DNA from: the human T2T-CHM13v2.0 reference genome, Homo sapiens
Assembly (NCBI RefSeq): GCF_009914755.1
Contig: NC_060947.1
Reading direction: 5' to 3' (one strand)
DNA length: 64,000 nt
The notes under the pieces were generated by a model, which was not told where the DNA came from, ran no database searches, and saw only the letters and a program-made list of their open reading frames with translations. Below, piece by piece: positions 1 to 15,118 of the stretch. Every line of letters starts with the position of its first letter. The stretch's first letter is position 1. The translations under genes were made by a program, and so were the position numbers.

Positions 1-92
1 ATTTATTGAGCTCTACGTATGTGTTAGACTTGGTGATGCCAATACAAACAACAAACAAATTGGATTCTTACCCTTATGAGCTTATGTCTAGT
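1..92 (-). mobile_element. L2 LINE 3' fragment
   Basis: atttattgagc..ctacgtatgtg...ccttatgagcttatgtctag resembles the reverse complement of the L2 3' end. Confidence 0.6.
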
Positions 93-617
93 CTGTTTGT
101 ATGAAAAGAGGGAGAGAACAAACAAGAGAAAAACTACTATATAGAAGCTTAGTAACCAAACTTTAAGAAACTCTACAAACGAATTTTTGAACTCAAGGTT
201 TAAATTTGTTCTTTGAAATACTGACAGTTTAATGAAAGACCAATCTTAGCTTGACAAGGAAATTATGATTTTTGTTTGTTGGTTTAAACTTTTGCAATTT
301 AGGAAGCAATGTCAAAAACAACAACTCAGTCAAAATGCCATTTTGGAGAGACAGAGAATGAAAATCTGAATTTAAAAAGAGAAGTACAATTGTAGTATTA
401 GAAAGGTACCAACATATCTATTTATAATTATAAAAGTAATGGTTAGTACTGAATGGTCTTGTAAAATAGGCAGATCATAAGGTAAGAGTAAGCTCTGTTC
501 AGACACCATTATTCAAGCAATAATCAGTTTGGCAACACAGGAACTTACCGGAATCAACTGGGGAAAATTTTCAAACTACACAGAAATACCCCATCCTTCA
601 GATTTGAATATTCTTTT

Positions 618-1228
618 GGTGGTTGTAATCACCAGTTGCCTATCCAGAACAGATTCTCCCCTAATGAAAACACGGATTTATTGAGAGCACTCTGTGTCCA
701 TTAGTGCTCACCTCTCCAGACAACTAAACTTGACTCTGTGACCCCATCTAACTAATTAGATAAAAGTGAAAATCTACTGCATGGCCAGAGATTTCTGTAG
801 AATATCATGGATGGTGAACTAGGCTGTGATATAGCTACGGATCAGTGGATAACAAAGGACCAGAACAAGAGTAGAAGAAAATTGTAGATTTCTGGAAAAT
901 CTACAGTTTTCCTGAAAAACAAAAAAAAAAGAGAGACAAATTTAGTTTGCTCTTTACCACTGTCCCCTTCTTCCTGCCTGAAATGGGGAATCGTAGCTAA
1001 AGGCAATGCCAACGTCTTTCCATCATGAGGAACCAAACTTTAAGACTGGAGGATTAGAAAACAAATAGGAGCCTGAGCCACAATTACTTTGTTGAGCAGC
1101 TACACTTTGCTTGGGCTGCTTATCTCTTAACTTCTGGATCAGCGAGGAAAAAATAGGTAAACTATTAAGGCAAGTCATGTAATTTGGTTTCTCTCACATG
1201 CAGCAATATCCAATCCTAACAGTGTAAC
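618..1228 (+). mobile_element. MLT1J/K-type MaLR solo LTR, interrupted by an insertion at ~798-894
   Basis: ccttcttcctgcctg..., ggagcctg, and 3' end ggtttctctcacatgcagc..aatcctaac resemble old MLT1 LTRs; boundaries approximate. Confidence 0.6.
792..877. repeat. Inverted repeat arm A (reverse complement of 2218-2302)
   Basis: Base-by-base comparison: identical except gctaCGgatc vs gctaAgatc. Confidence 0.97.
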
Positions 1229-1357
1229 AGAAGTGGAGGGAAAAGAGGAAGGGGGAAGGTGAATATTTACATTTTAAACTTGCTCCTGGGAAATTCTAAT
1301 GTGAACCTCTTTTGTTTTATAAGGAGGAACTGTTCACGTACTCCATGACATCTAGAC

Positions 1358-1526
1358 TAGGGTTTTGCAAACTTTAATGTGTATACAAATCAGCCAAGGT
1401 TCCTGTTAAAATGCAGACTCTCCAATTCCATTGGTATGGAGTGGGGCCTAGGATTCTGACATTTTAGCAAGCTTCCATGTGATGCTAATCATTCTACTCT
1501 TTGCACCAAACTCTGAGTAGCAAGGA
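1358..1526. mobile_element. MER5A/B hAT-Charlie non-autonomous DNA transposon
   Basis: caaactttaatgtg...ctgttaaaatgcagactc...ggggcctaggattctg...tgatgctaat...actctgagtagcaagg. Confidence 0.75.
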
Positions 1527-2217
1527 GTTAGACACAAAACTGAACAATAATCTTAACTGGCATTGTACACAGCGATCATTCAGTTCAGATGGCTCTCCTT
1601 AACTGTATCTGAAAGATTTGTTCTAACCTAGAGCCTTATAATGAAAAACATAATGAAACCTACCATATGGAAATAATTATACATATTTTACTGAACATTA
1701 AACATTCTCTCTCCCTCTGACTCTCTCTATTCTACCTATACACACATAAGCATTACTAAGGTATAATTTTTTTAAATTATAATTATAATTTGTATGTCAA
1801 AGATTTTATTCAAAAACGAATTAATGAAGGTAACAGCAAAATGTTAAGACTGATTCAAAGAACATTTGAGAAGATAGCTATTGGTTGAAAATTCAATAAA
1901 GAATGTTAGCAGAAGATTGTTGGGTTAAATACAAAACCGATAATTGTCTACAGGGCAATAAACTCTAAGCTGCGGAGTTATCTTTTCTGTGGGATAACTT
2001 ATTTGCATCTCTACTGGATAAAAATTTTCCACTTAACATGTAACCTCACAAATAGCCTTGATAGCATATTCGTATGTAAGATAAACACATATATAAGATA
2101 TAATAATTACCAAATGTTGCTGTGGTATAAATGCTATTAACTCCAATCCAGACTTGCTGGGGGGCAAGAAAATGGCTTAGCTACAAGTAATTGGAGGAAA
2201 TGTTATATCCAGATTTG

Positions 2218-2302
2218 CTTCTACTCTTGTTCTGGTCCTTTGTTATCCACTGATCTTAGCTATATCACAGCCTAGTTCACCATCCATGATATTCTACAGA
2301 AA
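2218..2302. repeat. Inverted repeat arm B (probable template of 792-877)
   Basis: Reverse complement of 792-877; lies in apparently unique sequence. Confidence 0.97.
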
Positions 2303-2611
2303 GCAGTTCTCTTTAGTTGCTTCAGAGAAAACTCCATGGACATCTCAGTTGTACTGTGAGTAACTACTCAAAGGGAAGGCTATAGAGCAGAAACTACGCC
2401 CCTTGTATTTTAAATAGCTCTGTAGCTCAAATGCTAATTATTACTTAGCAAACACATAAAAATTCTGGTATAAGAGATACATCTCTTCCAATACACAGAC
2501 TGTAAAACAGGCTATTGCAGTTACATTTTATGCATAGATAGATAACTTTTTCTCTCAGCAGTTGGGGCAAAAGTAGAAGAGCCTACCCTGCCTTTTGGAG
2601 GAAGAAAATAA

Positions 2612-2945
<334 letters not shown>

Positions 2946-3009
2946 TAATTTTTTAAGAGAGTACTGCCTCAAAACTTTTCCACAAATTGCTTAAAATATC
3001 ATAGCCCAC

Positions 3010-4486
3010 AACTGAGTTCCAGCTATGGCTGAGTGAGGAGGTTGGCAAATTCTCTTCCCAAAAAGAAACTATGAAGCTGAACAGAACCGATAAAAACAAC
3101 CATCTGAGCACTATGGTATAGATTAAAGACATACAACAATGTAAGAAATATTTATGCTTAAAAAATTCTGAATTTTTAAAAAGAAGAGTAGGAATCTGTG
3201 ACATTTTTGCCTGGGGTGCCTGGGGCTGCTCCCAACACCTCCCAGCTCTATTCTCATGGTGGTTCTGCCAGAGCAGGGCAGGCCATGAGGACTGAGAGCT
3301 TCACTGATATGGTCATTCTCTGCAGCCTGTTTGCACAGTGGCAGAATATACATTTGTTCCAAGCATACAAGGAACATTTAGAAAGATAGACCATATTTTA
3401 GGCCATAAGATAAGTCTCAATAACAGTAAACTGATTTAAGTCACATTAAATATATTCTCTGACCACAATGGAATTAAATTAGAAATCAATAACAAAATGA
3501 TCTCTGTAAAATCCACAAATCTCTGAAAACTGTCATACTTCTAAATAACCCAAAGATCTAAGAGGTCAAACAAAAGTAAAATTACAAGCCTTTATAACTT
3601 AATGTAAATTAAAACACAATATGTTAAAACACATAGGGTACCTCTACAGAGGCATTAAAGGACAAAATGCCAATATTAGAAAAGAAAAAAGTTCTCGAAT
3701 AAATTACTGCAAGTTTTATCTTAAGACACTAGAAAAAAGAAGTGTAAATTAAGCCCAAAGCAAATAGAAGAAATCAAATAGTAAAGATCAGAGTAGAAAT
3801 CAGTAAAATGAAAACATAAACAATAAAGAAAAATCAATGAAACCAAAAACTGGCTTTTGGAAAGTTTTTTTAAGTATTGTATAAATTTAAGGGGTACAAG
3901 TGCAGTTTTGTTACATACATATGTTGTGTAGCGTTGAATTGTGGTCTTTTAGTGTAACTATCACCTAATTAGTGTACATTGTACCTATTAAGTATTTATC
4001 ATCCCTTACTGGCTTCCCAAAAGTGATAAACTTTTAGCCAAGCTAGCCAAGAAAAAAAAATACACAAATTATGAATATCAAGCATGGAAGAAGTAGCACC
4101 ATTAGAGATTCTAGAAAATATAAAAGGATAATGGACTATTATGAGCAATTTATGTCAAAAAATTTGAAAACTTTGATAAAATGGGCAAATTACTGGAAAG
4201 CATGTACAACAAGAGCTCACTAAAGAAAAAACAGATAATCTGAATAATCCTATATATATTAAAGAAATTGAAATTTGTAGTTAAAAACCTTTCCACAAAG
4301 AGAACTCCAGGATCAGATGGCTTCTTGTGAATTCTACCAAATAGTTAAGGAAAGAATAATACCAATTCTACACAAACTGTTCAGAATTGAAGTGGAGAGA
4401 ATACCTCAACTCACTTACTAAGACCACCATTATATTATTAACAAAACCAGCCAGAAAATTGATAAGAAAAGAAAACTATGGACCAA
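3010..4486 (+). mobile_element. Old L1M (L1MD-like): probable 5' fragment joined to a degenerate ORF2 fragment
   Basis: From ~3340 ORF2-like motifs: gcagaatatacatt, ctctgaccacaatggaattaaattagaaatcaataac, ccaggatcagatggcttc..gtgaattctaccaa; 5' part (3010-3330) less certain. Confidence 0.75.
3866..4010 (-). mobile_element. L1PB-type 3' end fragment nested in L1M
   Basis: aaatttaaggggtacaagtgcagttttgttacat...tgtacattgtacctattaagta resembles the reverse complement of an L1PB 3' end. Confidence 0.75.
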
Positions 4487-4850
4487 TGCTATGGTTTAAA
4501 TGTGTCCCCAAAGTCCGTGTGTTGGAAACTTAATCCCTAATAATGTGATGTAGAGAGGGTGAAACTTTAAGAAGTGAATAGGTCATAAAGGTTCTGCCTT
4601 CATGAATGGAATAATGCCATTATTGAGGGTGGGTTCATTATTGCAGGAATGGATTCTTTGTAAAAATGAGTAGGTCCCTTTCTTCCTCTCTCACCATGTA
4701 ATACCTTCCATCATGTTATGACACAGCACGAAGGCCCTCACCAGATGCAGGCCCCTTGATCTTGGGCTGTCCAGACTCCAGAACAATGAACCAGATAAAT
4801 TTCTGTTCATTATAAATTACCCAGTCTGTAGTATTTAGTTATAGCAGTTA
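4487..4850 (+). mobile_element. MSTB-like MaLR LTR, 3' terminus lost
   Basis: tgctatggtttaaatgtgtccccaaag...ttggaaacttaatccc...ataaattacccagtctg..gttatagca. Confidence 0.85.
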
Positions 4851-4884
4851 TAGCATATGAGCCTCCACTTCCAGCCTATAACAG

Positions 4885-5463
4885 GCTTATTTGTAATAAC
4901 CAAAAGCTAGAAAGAGATACAAATGTCCATCAACAATTGAATAGAATAAAAGCAAAAATATCTGTGGTACAGTCATACAATGGGATTACTTCTCAGCAAT
5001 AAAAAAGGAATTGCTATGGTCTGAATGTTTGTGTTCCCCTAAATTCATGTGTTGAAATCCTGACCTCCAAGGTGATGGTATTAGAAGGTAGAGCCTTTGA
5101 GGGTGATTAGTTCATGAAGGTGGATCCCTCATGAATGGGGTTACTGCCTTTCTAAAAGAGACCCCAGTGAGCTATCTAGCCCCTTCCATCATGTGAGGAC
5201 ACACTGAAAAGTCATCTCATATCAACCAGAAAGTGGGTTATCATCAGGCATTAAATCTACCAGCACCTTGATCTTGGACTTTCCAACCTCCAGAACTATA
5301 AGAAATAAATCTATACTGTTTTTAAACTACCCAGTTTATGGTATTTTGTTATAGAAGCCCAAATAGAACAATACAGAAATGAACCATTGATGCATGCTAC
5401 AATATGGAAGAATCTCATAGTAAATATGCCGAGTGAAATAAATCAGACCAAAAAGAGTACATA
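4885..5463 (+). mobile_element. Old L1M 3' region, split by the MLT1A and the L1PA7; resumes at 11957-12215
   Basis: aaatgtccatcaaca, catacaatgg..tact.ctcagcaataaaaa, gagtgaaa.aa.tcagaccaaaaagagtacata. Confidence 0.75.
5012..5375 (+). mobile_element. MLT1A/MLT1A0 MaLR solo LTR
   Basis: TG...CA ends (tgctatggtctgaatgtttg ... aataca); 5-bp flanks ggaat/gaaat. Confidence 0.85.
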
Positions 5464-6790
5464 GGCAGGAGAGCTGGCAAGACGGCCGAATAGGAACAGC
5501 TCTGGTCTGCAGCTCCCAGCGAGATGAACAGAGAAGGCAGGTGATTTCTACATTTCCAACTGAGGTACCCAGCTCATCTCATTGGGACTTGGTTAGACAG
5601 TCAGGGCAGCCCACAGAGGGTGAGCTGAAGCAGGGTGAGGTGTCACCTCACCTGGGAAGCACAAAGGGTCAGGGAACTCCCTCCCCTAGCCAAGGGAAGG
5701 TGTGAGGGACTGTGCCGGGAGGAACGGTGCATTCCAGCCCAGATACTACACTCTTCCCATGGTATTCACAACCTGCAGACCAGGAGATTCCCTCAGGTGC
5801 CTACACCACCAGGGACCTGGGTTTCAAGTACAAAACTGGGTGGCCATTTGGGCAGACACTGAGCTAGCTGCAGGAGTTTTTTTTCATACCCCAGTGGCGC
5901 CTGGAATGCCAGCAAGACAAAACCATTCACTACACTGGAAAGGGCACTGCAGCCAGGGAGCCAAGTGGTCTAGCTCAGCAGATCCCACCCCCATGGAGCC
6001 CAGCAAGGTAAGATCCACTGGCTTGAAATTCTCACTGCCAGCATAGCAGTCTGAAGTCCACCTGGGACGCTTGAGGTTGGTAGGGGGAGGGGCGTCTGCC
6101 ATTACTGAGGCTTGAATAGGCGGTTTTCCGCTCACAGTGTAAACAAAGCCACAGGGAAGTTCAAACTGGGTGGAGCCAATGGCAGCTCAGCAAAGTCACT
6201 GTAGCCAGACTGCCTCTCTAGATTCCTCCTCTCTGGGCAGGGCATTTCTGAAAGAAAGGCAGCAGCCCCAGTCAGGGGCTTATAGATAAAACTCCCATCT
6301 CCCTGGGACAGAGCACCTGGGGGAAGGGGTGGCTGTGGGTGCAGCTTCAGCAGACTTAAACGTTCCTGCCTGCCAGCTCTGAAGAGAGCAGCTGATCTCC
6401 CAGCACAGTGCTTGAGCTCTGCTAAGGCACAGACTGCCTCCTCAAGTGAGTCCCCGACCCCCATGCCTCCTCATGGGAGACATCTCCCAGCAGAGGTCGA
6501 CAGACATCTCATACGAGACAGCTCTGGCTGGCATCTGGCAGGTGCCCCTCTGGGACAAAGCTTCCAGAAGAAGCAACAGGCAGCAATCTTTGCTGCTCTG
6601 CATCCTCAGCTGGTGATACCCAGGCAAACAGGGTCTGGAGTGGACCTCCAGCAAACTCCAGCAGACGTGCAGCAAAGGGGCCTGACTGTTAGAAGGAAAA
6701 CTAACAAAGAGAAAGGAATGGCACGTCCACTCAAAGACTCCATCCGAAGGTCACCAACATCAAAGACCAAAGACAGCTAAATCCACGAAG
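5464..6790 (+). promoter_or_regulatory. L1 5'UTR (internal sense and antisense promoter region), CpG-depleted
   Basis: Lies upstream of ORF1; starts caagacggccgaataggaacagctc; activity cannot be shown from sequence. Confidence 0.6.
5884..6102 (-). CDS. L1 ORF0-like antisense ORF (72 aa); translation unproven
   Basis: MADAPPPT..SDCYAGS..GSMGVGSAE resembles the ORF0p N-terminus as I recall it (MAGAPPPASL..SDCCASN..SVGVGPSE); Kozak context gtaATGg. Confidence 0.5.
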   Translation of the reverse strand: MADAPPPTNLKRPRWTSDCYAGSENFKPVDLTLLGSMGVGSAELDHLAPWLQCPFQCSEWFCLAGIPGATGV

Positions 6791-7811
6791 ATGGGGAGAA
6801 ACCAGCGCATAAAGGCTGAAAATTGCAAAAACCAGAACTCCTCTTCTCCTCCAAAGGATCACAATTCCTCGCCAGCAAGGGAACAAAAGTGGACGAAGAA
6901 TGAGTTTGACAAATTGACAGAAGTAGGCTTCAGAAGGTGGGTAATAACAAACTCCTCCAAGCTAAAGGAGCATGTTCTAACCCAATGCAAGGAAGCTAAG
7001 AACCTTGAAAAAAGGTTAGACGACTTGCTATCTGGAACAACCAGTTTAAAGAAGAACATAAATGACCTGATGGAGCTGAAAAACACAGCACGAGAACTTC
7101 GTGAACCATACACAAGTATCAATAGCCAAATCGATCAAGCAGAAAAAAGGATAACAGAGATTGAAGATCAACATAATGAAATAAAGGGTGAAGACAAGAT
7201 TAGAGAAAAAAGACTGAAAAGGAATGAACAAAGCCTTCAAGAAATATGGGACTATTTGGAAAGACCAAATCTACATTTGACTAGTGTACCTGAAAGTGAT
7301 GGGGAGAATGGAACCAAGTCGGAAAACACTCTGCAGGATATTATCCAGGAGAACTTTCACAACCTACTAACACAGACCAACATTCAAATTCAGGAAATAC
7401 AGAGAAAACCACAAAGATACTCCTTGAGAAGAGCAACCCCAAGACACATAAACGTCAGATTCACCAAGGTTGAAATGAAAGAAAAAATGTTAAGGGCAGC
7501 CAGAGAGGAAGGTCGGGTTACCCACAAAGGTAAGCCCATCAGACTAACAGTGGATCTCTCTGCAGAAATCCTACAAGCCAGCAGAGTGGAGGCCAATATT
7601 CAACATTAAACAAAAAAATTTTCAACCCAGAATTTCATATCCAGCCAAACTAAGCTTCATAAGCGAAGAAGAAATAAAATCCTTTACAGACAAGGAAATG
7701 CTGAGAGATTTTGTCACCACCAAGCCTGCCTTACAAGAGCTCCTGAAGGAAGCACTAAATATGGAAAGGAAAAACCAGTACAGGCCACTGCAAAAACATA
7801 CCAAATTGTAA
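6791..7811 (+). pseudogene. L1 ORF1p (coiled coil/RRM/CTD), frameshifted near 7580
   Basis: 272-aa ORF with NEQSLQEIWDY..RPNL and TPRHI..RFTK; normal end ccaaattgtaa at 7811 is out of frame. Confidence 0.93.
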
Positions 7812-7874
7812 AGACCATCGACACTATGAAGAAACTGCATCAACTAACGAGCAAAATGACCAGCTAGCATTGTA

Positions 7875-11735
<3,861 letters not shown>

Positions 11736-11956
11736 CCTATGAGAACACATGGACACAGGTAGGAGAACATCACGCACTGGGCCTGTTGTGGCAGTAGGGG
11801 GCTGGGGAGGGATAGCATTAGGAGAAATACCTAATGTAGATGACGGGTTGATGGGTGTAGCAAACCACCAGGGCACGTGTATACCTATATAACAAACCTG
11901 CATGTTCTGCACATGTATCCAAGAACTTAAAGTATAATTAAAAAAAAGAGTACATA

Positions 11957-12215
11957 ATGTATTACTCAATGTATATGAAATTCAAGAAATTAGAAACTAA
12001 TCTATAGTGACAGAGTATATCAGTGTTTTCGGAGGGACCTGAGGTGAGGAAGGGGCAAAAGGGAGGCATTAGAAAAAGTTCGGAAGTGATGTACGTGTTT
12101 ATTTTTTTTATTATGGTGATGGTTTTATTGGTGTATACATGTGACAAAACTCATTAAGTTGTCGGACTTAAATATGTACTGTTTATTGTAGCAAAATAAA
12201 GCTGTTTAAAAAAAA
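11957..12215 (+). mobile_element. 3' end of the old L1MD/ME element hosting the L1PA7
   Basis: aaactaatctatagtgacaga..., tatggtgatggttt..ggtgtataca..aaaactcat, aataaagctgtttaaaaaaaa. Confidence 0.75.
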
Positions 12216-12221
12216 CGTCAA

Positions 12222-15118
12222 GTCCCACAAAGAAAATGTCAGGTTCATGGAACCAAATCAAATGCCCATCAATGATAGACTGGATAAAGAAAATGTGGCA
12301 TACATACACCATGGAATACTATGCAGCCATAAAAAGGAATGAGATCATGTCCTTTGCAGGGACATGGATGAAGCTGGAAGCCATCATCCTCAGCAAACTA
12401 ACACAAGAGCAGAAAACCAAACACCCCATGTTCTCACTCATAAGTGGGAGCTGAACATTGAGAACACATGGACACAGAGAGGGGAACAACACATACCAGG
12501 GCCTGTTGCAGGGTGGGGGGTGAGGGGAGGAACCTAGAGGACGGGTCAATAGGTGCAGCAAACCACTATGGCACAAGTAGACCTATATAACAAACTTGCA
12601 CATTCTGCACATGTATCACGTTTTTGTTTTTGTTTTTAGAGGAAATAAAGAAAAAAAAAAGTCAGGTTCAAATGGTTACACTGGTGAATTTTATCAAATT
12701 TTTTAAAAATATAAAAAATTTTTACAAACTTTTTCAGTAAATATTGGAGGAGGGAACACATTTTCCAAAGCCTTCTATGAGGCTAGTATTACTCTAATAT
12801 AAAAACTAGACAGACATCATAAAGAAACCTACAGACCAGTATCCCTCATTAACGTAGACACAAAAAATATTCTTTAAAAAAATTAACAAATCAAATCCAG
12901 CAACATAGAAAAGGATTATACACCATAAAAAATTGAAATTTATTAAAAGAATGCAAGGGTAATTTGACATAAGAAATTAAGTCAATATAATATCATATTA
13001 ATAAAGGACAAAAACACATACTCATCTGAAAAGATACAGGAATTTAACAAAATACAACGCTCAATCATGTTAAGAACACTCAAAAATCAAGGAATAGACG
13101 GGAACTTCCTGTTTTTCCTCAGATCAGGAACAAGACAAGGATGTCTACTTTTGCCATTTCTATTCAACATAGTACTGGAAGTTTTAGCAGAGCAAATGGG
13201 GAAGCAAAAGAAATACAATTTATGTCTAATTGCAGATATCATGATTTTATATATAAAAATCCTAAGAATTTTTTTTAAAAAAACCTATTAGAGCTAATGA
13301 AAAAATTCAGCAATGTTTCTGGATACAAGATGAATATACAAAAATCAATTGTATTCCTATATACTAACAAAAAATAATTTGAAAATGAAATTAAGAAAAT
13401 GATTTCATTTTAATAGCATCAAGAAGAATAAAATACTCGGGAGTAAATTTAACAAAAGAAGTGCAAGACTTGTACACTGAAAAATATAAGCAATAAATAA
13501 ATTAATATCTAATTAAGTAGAAAGACATCCCATTTTCATAAATCAAAAGATTTAATATTGTTAAGATGGGAATAAACCCCATATGTATCTAAAGATTTAA
13601 TATAGTCCATATCAAAATTCCAACAGGCTTTCCTACAGTAACTGAAAGTGTAATTTGAAAATTTATATGGAAATGCAAATGATTTAGAACACCACAAAAG
13701 CATTGAAAAATAATAAAGTTAGAGAATACGTACTACCCAATTTCAAACACTCATGAAGCCACAATAATCCAGACAGTACGGCGTTGGCCCAAGGATAGAC
13801 ATGTAGATCAGTGGAAAAGAATTTAAAAACCAGAAATAAATCCCTGCGTTTATGATCAACCGATTTTTGACAAAACAGCTAAGATATATCAACAGGAAAA
13901 GGATAGTCTCTTCAACAAACTTAATAATAATAATAATAAAAGAAGAGGAGGAGGAGGAACTTTGGCTCTTAACCAACCACATACATTTAAAAAGTAATGA
14001 AATAGATAACAGACCTAAATGTAAAAGCTGAAACTATAAAACTTCTGGAAGAAAACATAGGAGAAAATATTCATGACCTTGGTTTAGGCAGCGTTTGTGA
14101 TATGACTTCAAAGCACTATTCATAAAAGAACAAATTGACAAATTAGACTTCATCAAAATAAAAACCTTTTGTACTTTAAAAGATATCTCTATTTAGAGAA
14201 TGGCAAGCCTCATCATAGATTGGGAGAAAATATTTTCAAATCATATATATGATATAGGACCTTTATCCAGAATAAAGAAGAACACTTCAAATTCAATAAA
14301 AATATAAACAGCCCACTTGAAATGATCAAAATATTTGAATTGACATTTCACGAAAAAGTACAGCCACTCTAGAAGACAGCTTGGGAGTTTCTTACAAAAC
14401 TAAATATTCTCTTAACATACGATTCAGCAACTGCCCTCCTTGGAATATACCCAAATGAGGTGAAAACTTATGTCCACACAAAAGCCTGCACACAAATGTT
14501 TACAGCTTTATTCATAATTGCCAAAATTTGGAAACAACCACGATATCCTTCAATTGGTGAACGAATAATCAAACTGTGGTAGATCCATACAATGGAATAT
14601 TATTCAACGATTTAACAAATGAGCTTTGAAGCCACAAAAAGGCATGGAGGAAATGTAAATACATGTTGCTAAGTGAAAGAAGCCACTCTGAAAAGGCCAC
14701 ATACTATATTATTCCAACTACATGAAATTCTGGAAAAGGAAAAATGATAGAGACAGTAAAAAGATCAGTCTTTGCCAGGCAATTGAGTGGGGAGGGAGGG
14801 ATGACTAGGTGGAGTATGGGGGAATTATAGGGCAGAAAATCTATTCGGTATGAAACTGTAACAGGACACATGTCGTTATATATTTCTCAAAGCTGATAGA
14901 ATGTAGAGCACAAAGAGTGAACTCTAATGTAAACTATGGACTTTAGTAAATAATAATGCATCACTATTGGCTCATCAATTGTAACAAAAGTACCATACTA
15001 ATGCAAGATGATAATAACGAGGAAAACTGTTGAGGAAAGGGTGAGTGGATGTGTGGGAACTCTGTACTTTCCACTCATGTTTTTTGTGAACCTAAAGCTG
15101 CTCACAGAAATAAACTCT
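12222..15118 (+). mobile_element. Old L1MC (degenerate ORF2 plus L1MC1/2-type 3'UTR from ~14358)
   Basis: ORF fragment [19 protein letters not shown]; 3'UTR gaaaacttatgtccacacaaaagcctgcacac...tgtgaacctaaagctgctc. Confidence 0.85.
12249..12660 (+). mobile_element. 5'-truncated L1PA8/8A
   Basis: gaggacgggtcaataggtgcagcaaaccac; TSD gtcaggttca at 12238-12247 and 12661-12670. Confidence 0.85.
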
